Positions 57,971 to 64,000 of a stretch of 64,000 nucleotides of DNA are shown one piece after another (within the stretch, counting starts at the first letter, position 1; the number at the start of each line of letters is the position of its first letter). The stretch is taken from positions 6,385 through 70,384 of IMG/VR virus record IMGVR_UViG_3300035670_000163. One strand, written 5' to 3'. A program made the translations under genes and the position numbers. The notes below the pieces were generated by a model. That model saw nothing but the letters and a program-made list of their open reading frames with translations. It did not search any database and had not been told where the DNA came from. Source of the DNA: a virus.

Positions 57971-58933
57971 TTAGTTTATGTCTATTCTTGGAGCGTCAAA
58001 TTGCATATTTCCATCTGAACGGACAGAATATGTTCCTTTAACGTGTTCATTATAGTCACCACCAACTGTAACATTTACATCACCATCAATATTGACATCT
58101 GCGTTTCCATCAACTTTTGCATATAAATTTTGTTGTACGTAAACTTCTGCATCACCTTGAATCGTTATGTTACATTTACCCATAATGTAAATGTTATTGT
58201 CTTTCATTATAATTTGATAGTTATCTCTTGTGATCTTTTCTACTTTATCTCCGTTTGGAAACATTTCCTGAAAAGATCCGTTTCTATGCGCCAGTTGAAC
58301 CCTCTCAGAACCAGGTGTATCATCCATTTCAAATAGATGTCCAGATTCAGACTCTACAACGTTATTATAAGGATATGTTGCATTGTATGTTGTTTCTGGT
58401 TCATCCCAACTAGAATTATAGGTTGGTACAGAGGTAACTAAATTGTCTTTTTTCTCTTGTATAAAAGTTTCAGAAATACTTTCTTCATCATTTCTGGCTA
58501 TTCTAGATGTTGTTGGTTCATCTATATGCTTGGGATAAGAAGGTGATTTATCTTCTTCAGTTATTGAAATGCCACTACCATCTGTATTATATGTCTTAGA
58601 TGCCGGAGTTCTTGGTGCTGAAGTTAATTCTTCGTCTGTTCTAGGATCACTAAAACCTTTTTGATTGTTGGCCTTAACAATAGGAATACCTGGAATTACA
58701 CCAATGATGAATGGATAGTCTGTATCACCTTGATAGAAATAACCAGTAACAAGATCAGATTCTTTTGGTACTATAGGTGTTTGACTTATGTTTACAATTT
58801 GAGCCCAAGGTAAACCTTCAGTTGGCATCAACTGTTTATTTTCAGTATGCACACCAAATATCCTAACTCGACAACGACCAAGTTTTAATGGATCTTTTCT
58901 ATCTTCAACTACACCTTGCCAAAACATTTCCAT
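57971..58933 (-). CDS. gp5: Baseplate central spike (no lysozyme domain)
   Basis: OB-fold GVVEDRKDPLKLGRCRVR..G.H; YPYNNV.ESESGH..E.DDTPG.ER; C-terminal beta-helix repeats. Confidence 0.92.
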   Translation of the reverse strand: MEMFWQGVVEDRKDPLKLGRCRVRIFGVHTENKQLMPTEGLPWAQIVNISQTPIVPKESDLVTGYFYQGDTDYPFIIGVIPGIPIVKANNQKGFSDPRTDEELTSAPRTPASKTYNTDGSGISITEEDKSPSYPKHIDEPTTSRIARNDEESISETFIQEKKDNLVTSVPTYNSSWDEPETTYNATYPYNNVVESESGHLFEMDDTPGSERVQLAHRNGSFQEMFPNGDKVEKITRDNYQIIMKDNNIYIMGKCNITIQGDAEVYVQQNLYAKVDGNADVNIDGDVNVTVGGDYNEHVKGTYSVRSDGNMQFDAPRIDIN

Positions 58934-58934
58934 T

Positions 58935-60260
58935 TTATGTCCAATCTACCATCTGTGAAGACGATGATCTATAAGGCAACCCCTCTGATCTATTAGATGA
59001 GTCTGAAACCAATTCTAATACCGTTTCGTGTTTGTTATATGAAATGATTTGTCTTGAAGCCAAAATAATATAATTTCCGTATAATGTTCTATCTAAATTT
59101 TCGCCATTGTCTGACTTCTGTGCATATTTTGGTATATTTAAAAATAAATTAAATCCAGCTGAAAAACCTAAGTTACCAGGAACAACAAGTTTAACTCTCT
59201 GATTTGTTAAGTTTGTCAATATAGCTTTTCTTTGCAGTATATAATTATGCGTATCTAAATCAAAATTTAAAGATTCTGGATCTCTTTTCTTTATAAATTC
59301 AGAATCTTTTCTGAAATAAGAACCTGCATATACACTATGTCTTGCATCAAACTGATCGGTATTATAACCGATACTGGAATTTATCTCAGCAATATTTGGA
59401 GATTTATTTAATTTTGATGACGCACCAAATGTATCTTCGTAATTGGTTGTTCTTTTTATAAATGTTCTTGTTACTGGATCTATACCATAGAAAGTTCCAG
59501 CATAAACACCGTCTACAACATTTTTAATAGAATCAAATTGTTGTATAACCTCAAAATGCCTTGCACCATACATTTTTCTGGTAAGATCATTGGTTGAAGT
59601 ATTTTTCACATCAAAATTAATTGTTGCAACAGGATCTTGTTTGAGTAATGTATTTAAACTAGCGTAGTTATATCCTAAAACGTTTTCAAAAAATAAAAAT
59701 CCTGGAAAATAATTTTCGTCTACCGATCTTTGTGACATCCAATTAATAGCTTCAAATGGCGATAGCAATGGCACAACAATTTTTCTTAAACCATAAGAAT
59801 TATCAAATGTACCAAACATTTTTGTTGTTGGCACATTTAAATAATCTTGTAGTATTTTAACTACAGCTTCTGAATATGTTGAAGTGAAGAGCTGAGATAC
59901 TTTTCTCTGCAATGAAATAAAAAACTCTTCAGAAATAAAATGTAAAACATAATTTTCTGATGTGTCGTTTAATCTTGTTCTATTTGTTTGTTTATGTACC
60001 CTAAACTTTTTTTCTATTTCCAAAAAATCTTTATTCTTAGAAACTTTCATTTGTAAAATTTCAGTGCCATCAAATAGAAAACTATCAGTTAGTCCTAAAG
60101 AATCATTGATTAATATGTTGCCACTTACAGAAGGACTAAAAAGAGAATCGAATAGATTGAGTTCTTGGAATACTCCTCTCAAATCCAATTTACCAACTTT
60201 TGTATAGAGGAATAATTCTTTTATTTCAAAATCTAAAGAAGAATCTAACTGATAACTCAT
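58935..60260 (-). CDS. Baseplate hub protein (gp27-like position)
   Basis: 441 aa between gp53 and gp5; DSLFSP..SG.I.I.DS, FLFFEN..GY, VPGN....G, YG.Y.I. Confidence 0.6.
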   Translation of the reverse strand: MSYQLDSSLDFEIKELFLYTKVGKLDLRGVFQELNLFDSLFSPSVSGNILINDSLGLTDSFLFDGTEILQMKVSKNKDFLEIEKKFRVHKQTNRTRLNDTSENYVLHFISEEFFISLQRKVSQLFTSTYSEAVVKILQDYLNVPTTKMFGTFDNSYGLRKIVVPLLSPFEAINWMSQRSVDENYFPGFLFFENVLGYNYASLNTLLKQDPVATINFDVKNTSTNDLTRKMYGARHFEVIQQFDSIKNVVDGVYAGTFYGIDPVTRTFIKRTTNYEDTFGASSKLNKSPNIAEINSSIGYNTDQFDARHSVYAGSYFRKDSEFIKKRDPESLNFDLDTHNYILQRKAILTNLTNQRVKLVVPGNLGFSAGFNLFLNIPKYAQKSDNGENLDRTLYGNYIILASRQIISYNKHETVLELVSDSSNRSEGLPYRSSSSQMVDWT

Positions 60261-60892
60261 ATCGTATTTTTAAATTCCTCAAAAACCGTATCTACAAATT
60301 CTCTCTTTAAAATTTTAATTGATCTTTTAGATTCGTTCGTTTCAACTTCATAATCATAAAATGATTTTGTACTTTTTGTTTTCTTAACTTCTATTGGTGT
60401 TCCGTCGGATAGAGTATAATTTTCTGTTGAGTTTACAGTATTTGCGTATGTCGAAGAATCAAGATAGATCGTCTCTTCATCATATTCAGAAGTATTTAAA
60501 TTTGTTTTTCTTTCGGTCAAAACATAATCTTTTGTGTTTGATTGTGCCCACTCTAAACCTGTTTCATTGTTTGCAGTATCAGCCTCAGAAAGATATTTTG
60601 CATCAATAAAATCAATTAAACTTTCTGTCGATAAAACCCAATCAAATTGTGGGTGCAATACACTATTATAACTTAAAATGATCCAATGGTATTCTGGATT
60701 TCCATAAAATTTATGTGCAACGATTTCTGGAGTTTCTCCATCTTGAACATCGTACTCGTAGAATACGGCCGAATTCGTCTTAAACTTTTCATCAAATGCA
60801 AAAGTTCTCGTTAAATTTGTAGCATAAACCTCAATGTTGTTATTTGAAACCGCATAATAAGTTTTTGGAAAATGTTTGAAAAAATTAGCCAT
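60257..60892 (-). CDS. gp53: Baseplate wedge subunit
   Basis: FFKHFP..YY, LysM-like DGETPEIVAHKFYGNPEYHWIIL, YDYE...NE.KR.IKIL. Confidence 0.92.
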   Translation of the reverse strand: MANFFKHFPKTYYAVSNNNIEVYATNLTRTFAFDEKFKTNSAVFYEYDVQDGETPEIVAHKFYGNPEYHWIILSYNSVLHPQFDWVLSTESLIDFIDAKYLSEADTANNETGLEWAQSNTKDYVLTERKTNLNTSEYDEETIYLDSSTYANTVNSTENYTLSDGTPIEVKKTKSTKSFYDYEVETNESKRSIKILKREFVDTVFEEFKNTI

Positions 60893-60899
60893 TTTTATC

Positions 60900-61964
60900 T
60901 TACGTGAAAGAGTTTCTTATGTCCGAATTCATGTTGTAGAAATTATCTTTGGTCATAAATTCAACTTCTTGGAATCCAAGAGATAAACGAATTGCAACCG
61001 GCATTCCAGTTCCACCTAAAGATGGACTAAACTCTCCAGGTTTTTCATATGACGACCAACCATTTGGTGCATAATCGGTATCTATTGTTGTCAGAATACA
61101 AGTGGAAATCTTAGGTATATTTTCATTCTCACGGCCATTGTAATAGAATTTAATGTCGAATTCTGATGGCGGCACTAAAAAGAAAGCACCTTGACCTTGT
61201 TTAATTTCTGGTGCTTGGTGAAATCTTAATCTAGAAATGATGTTCTGTACTTCTTTTGCTTCAGCTGAACTTCTTGGGTAGAACATAAAATCAAATCTAA
61301 ATGATCTAAATTCTGGTGAAGAATATACCAATTCGAGTTGCGGGTTTACGACCAATCCAGTCAATGACTGGAAAGCTGCAGCACCGGCACCTTCTCCAAA
61401 AAGTGCAGTAGCGCCTTGTCTTCCAAGAAATGTTGCAAAATTATTTGCGGCACCTTTGATATCGCCACCCATCAGCTTCTTAAACGTTTCTGATGCGCCA
61501 GATAATATTGCAGGTAATCCTTGCATATTAACTGTGGAATATTGTTGATTGTGCGTAAAATTTAAAGTGTCTGGCATGTAAAGAGCAATCGTATCTGTCG
61601 TTCTACGAATCGTTCTGACAGATTTCTGATTGTCTAAAATAAGAGATTGATCAATTTTAGCTTTTTCTGTAATTAGTTTCGTCAACTCTTTTGCATCATT
61701 CGTTATGTTTTGCAGTGCTGTTTTTGCACCAAACGTTTGTTGGTTCTGCACAACAGATGGCACATCATTTGTTGTTTGCGATGGAAATTGAGTTTTAGTC
61801 TGCTCATTGATATGAATTACCATATAATGCGCTTTATCTGGACTTCCAAGATCAATCGGATATCTGTACGTATGATAATCATATTGCGATCCAACAAAAT
61901 AATCGCTAACAAATCCATCGGGAGTGTTATCTATTTTTATATCCGTAAGGTTAAAGATGGCCAT
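60900..61964 (-). CDS. gp48: Baseplate tail-tube cap
   Basis: YRYP.D, I.LYMP, NPQLEL.Y..P.FR.F.F.F.F.PRS..EA, L.FQE.E. Confidence 0.85.
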   Translation of the reverse strand: MAIFNLTDIKIDNTPDGFVSDYFVGSQYDYHTYRYPIDLGSPDKAHYMVIHINEQTKTQFPSQTTNDVPSVVQNQQTFGAKTALQNITNDAKELTKLITEKAKIDQSLILDNQKSVRTIRRTTDTIALYMPDTLNFTHNQQYSTVNMQGLPAILSGASETFKKLMGGDIKGAANNFATFLGRQGATALFGEGAGAAAFQSLTGLVVNPQLELVYSSPEFRSFRFDFMFYPRSSAEAKEVQNIISRLRFHQAPEIKQGQGAFFLVPPSEFDIKFYYNGRENENIPKISTCILTTIDTDYAPNGWSSYEKPGEFSPSLGGTGMPVAIRLSLGFQEVEFMTKDNFYNMNSDIRNSFT

Positions 61965-61981
61965 TTGATTTCCTAAGTTGA

Positions 61982-61997
61982 CTAGATATTATTTATG
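61982..61997. promoter_or_regulatory. Opposed late-promoter motifs at the gp48/gp4 divergence
   Basis: CATAAATA on - (61997-61990) for the baseplate operon; CTAGATA on + (61982-61988) 6 nt before gp4 ATG. Confidence 0.6.
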
Positions 61998-62426
61998 TCA
62001 TATAAAGGAAGGTTTTCCCCAAAGAATCCTAAGAAATACAATGGTGATCCGTCAAATATCATCTATCGTTCAACTTGGGAGCTGAGGGTAATGAAGTGGT
62101 TGGATGACAACCCAAATATCATCTGGTGGGCATCGGAAGAGTTACCGATACCATACCGTTCGCCTATTGATAACAAAATACATCGTTACTTTCCAGATTT
62201 CATCGTCAAGGTCAAACGGAAAGACGGTCTGGTGATGACGTATGTTTTGGAAGTAAAGCCGGAATCTCAGACACGGCAACCAGTCAGGAAACGCAAAACC
62301 AAGCGGTTCATTGAAGAGTCGGTAACATATGCGGTAAACCAAGAGAAGTGGCGGGCAGCCGACATATTTTGCCAAGAACACGGCTGGCAATTCAAGGTCA
62401 TAACAGAGAAAGACCTAGGACTATAG
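61995..62426 (+). CDS. gp4: Head completion nuclease
   Basis: YKGRF.PKNPKKY.GD, YRSTWE, W.SEE, HRYFPDF, EVKP, N.EKW.AA. Confidence 0.95.
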   Translation: MSYKGRFSPKNPKKYNGDPSNIIYRSTWELRVMKWLDDNPNIIWWASEELPIPYRSPIDNKIHRYFPDFIVKVKRKDGLVMTYVLEVKPESQTRQPVRKRKTKRFIEESVTYAVNQEKWRAADIFCQEHGWQFKVITEKDLGL

Positions 62427-62438
62427 CATAAATAGACG

Positions 62439-63017
62439 ATGGCAAGTCTATTAGATAGAATACAAACATCTCTCGCAAAAGAAGGTCTGGCTCCAAGAAG
62501 TCGCCAGGCTCGTGCATGGTTGCAAGCAAAGATTCAGAATATGAATCCATCGCAACAATCATTGATGAGAGATAAAGACCGAACTACAACAACACCATTC
62601 ATCGGTCATATGTATTTCTTCTCTTATGACCCAAAAACAAAAGATAAGTTAGCCTTCTATGATACTTTTCCTTTGGTGATACCTGTTGAACAGTATGCAG
62701 ACGGCTTTTTAGGATTAAATCTGCATTATATTCATCCAAAAGAAAGAATGGTATTATTAGATAAAATGGATGATATTGCGAGTGACCAAAGTTACAGTAT
62801 GAATACCAGATTAAGAATTAATTACAATTATTTGAGAGCAGCAACAAAGGCATTTGAAGCTAGACCGTGCATTAAAAAATATCTTTATAAACAAATCAAA
62901 TCTAGATTCGTTGAGATATTTGCTGATGAATGGGACATTGCTTGTATGTTACCTATGGAAACTTTTGTCGGTGCTACAACAAACAAAGTATACGCAAATT
63001 CAAGGACAAAATTCTAA
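62439..63017 (+). CDS. gp2: DNA end protector protein
   Basis: G.MYFF.YDPKTK..L..YD.FPL, FLGLNLHY, PCIKKYL; CATAAATA 4 nt upstream. Confidence 0.92.
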   Translation: MASLLDRIQTSLAKEGLAPRSRQARAWLQAKIQNMNPSQQSLMRDKDRTTTTPFIGHMYFFSYDPKTKDKLAFYDTFPLVIPVEQYADGFLGLNLHYIHPKERMVLLDKMDDIASDQSYSMNTRLRINYNYLRAATKAFEARPCIKKYLYKQIKSRFVEIFADEWDIACMLPMETFVGATTNKVYANSRTKF

Positions 63018-63763
63018 TGACATTCGCACCAAGTTTATTTCTCTCAAACATTAAAGCGAAAGATGGTTTGGCCAGACCAAATCGTTTTCAGGTCATTCTT
63101 CCAATACCAACTTATATCAATTCATTTATTGAGCAAGGTGTATTAGAGCAACTTATTAATTTACCTAACACTTTAGTAACAGATATCACAAGTGCAATTA
63201 CAAATGCTTTAGGTAGTAATCCGGATGATCCGCAATCGAAAACAAGTAATGCATCTATTTCTAGATATCTGTCTCTACAATGCGAAACAGCCGAATTACC
63301 TGGAAAATCCTTGACTACCGCTGATGTTAAAATTTATGGACCAACATTTAAAGTACCATATCAAAAACAATTTGCCGAAACAACGTTAGGGTTTTTATCG
63401 ACAAACGATTTTTATGAAAGAAAAATTTTCGATCGTTGGATTGATGCAATCATGCCATCATCGACAAACAATTTAAGATTCGCAAAAGATAACGATACCA
63501 GATATCTAACAAATATCAAAATTATTCAGTATGATGATTTTATTAAACAGATTTATGCAGTAGAATTAATTGATGCTTTCCCAATTGCTGTTGCAGCACA
63601 ACCACTTTCTTGGTCTGACGATAACTTCCATAGATTGTCAGTTCAATTTAGTTATCAAAAATATAGGACAATTTATGAAGGACAATATGATTTGGCGCAA
63701 GCTGCAGCTTCTATTTTCGGTTCAAAGGCTGCAAATTTGTTTGATAAGGTTTTTAGATTTTAA
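63017..63763 (+). CDS. gp54: Baseplate tail-tube initiator (gp54/gp19-like fold)
   Basis: GLARPNRFQV, CETAELPGK, L.DAFPI......LSW, L.V.F.Y; start moved to TAATG overlap at 63017. Confidence 0.7.
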   Translation: MTFAPSLFLSNIKAKDGLARPNRFQVILPIPTYINSFIEQGVLEQLINLPNTLVTDITSAITNALGSNPDDPQSKTSNASISRYLSLQCETAELPGKSLTTADVKIYGPTFKVPYQKQFAETTLGFLSTNDFYERKIFDRWIDAIMPSSTNNLRFAKDNDTRYLTNIKIIQYDDFIKQIYAVELIDAFPIAVAAQPLSWSDDNFHRLSVQFSYQKYRTIYEGQYDLAQAAASIFGSKAANLFDKVFRF

Positions 63764-63774
63764 ATGGAGATACT

Positions 63775-64000
63775 ATGTTACCAAAAATTGATGTGCCTGT
63801 ATATGATTTAAAGTTATTATCGACAGGTAAAAAAGTAAAATTTAGGCCGTTTACGGTTAAAGAAGAAAAGTTATTTTTGATGGCAGCAGAAGCAAATGAT
63901 GCCAAAACTGTCACAGAAACAATCAAACAGATTATTAATAATTGTTTGTTAGATAAAGTAGATGTTGATGAATTGCCTTTATTTGATATTGAACAAATTT
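63775..64000 (+). CDS. gp26: Baseplate hub assembly protein (runs off window end)
   Basis: Manual translation MLPKIDVPVYDLKLLSTGKKVKFRPFTVKEEKLFLMA...LPLFDIE; GGAG SD. Not in ORF track. Confidence 0.9.
   Translation, partial: MLPKIDVPVYDLKLLSTGKKVKFRPFTVKEEKLFLMAAEANDAKTVTETIKQIINNCLLDKVDVDELPLFDIEQI

Noticed and set aside
61995-62426. TnsA-like nuclease motif suggesting a transposon
   Set aside because: It is T4 gp4 in its normal context next to gp2; no other transposition genes or terminal repeats

Overview
The whole window is the virion-morphogenesis region of a large T4-like myovirus. Gene order and divergence resemble uncultured aquatic T4-like phages more than enteric T4; the host cannot be named. 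On the minus strand lie gp48, 53, a gp27-like hub, 5, PAAR, 25, 6, 7, 8 and a 2066-aa structural protein, then ~35 kb of non-T4 fibre genes occupying the gp9-12/wac position. After these come gp13, 14, 15, 16, dps, 17, 18, 19, 20, 67/68-like, 21, 22, 23, 3 and uvsY. Divergent on the plus strand are gp4, 2, 54 and 26. Main point of interest: a very AT-rich, inverted 9-gene enzyme island (34344-40517) sits inside the fibre block behind a late-promoter motif. It encodes five putative glycosyltransferases, an Asp/Asn beta-hydroxylase-like oxygenase, a radical SAM enzyme, a methyltransferase-like and a GNAT-like protein. It is flanked by seven fibre genes carrying A-N-x-A-[FY] heptads, and [AGS]-N-[ST] tripeptides recur across the virion proteins, with Cys sometimes replacing Asn. 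I infer, but cannot prove, a phage-encoded virion-protein modification/glycosylation system. Other signals: apparently leaderless late mRNAs, promoter-overlapping RBS-sequestering hairpins at uvsY and gp13, a Dps gene between the terminase subunits, and a circularly permuted Gly-rich adhesin paralogue. No tRNA, rRNA, CRISPR array, IS or intron was recognised. All calls come from motif recognition and synteny; no searches were run.
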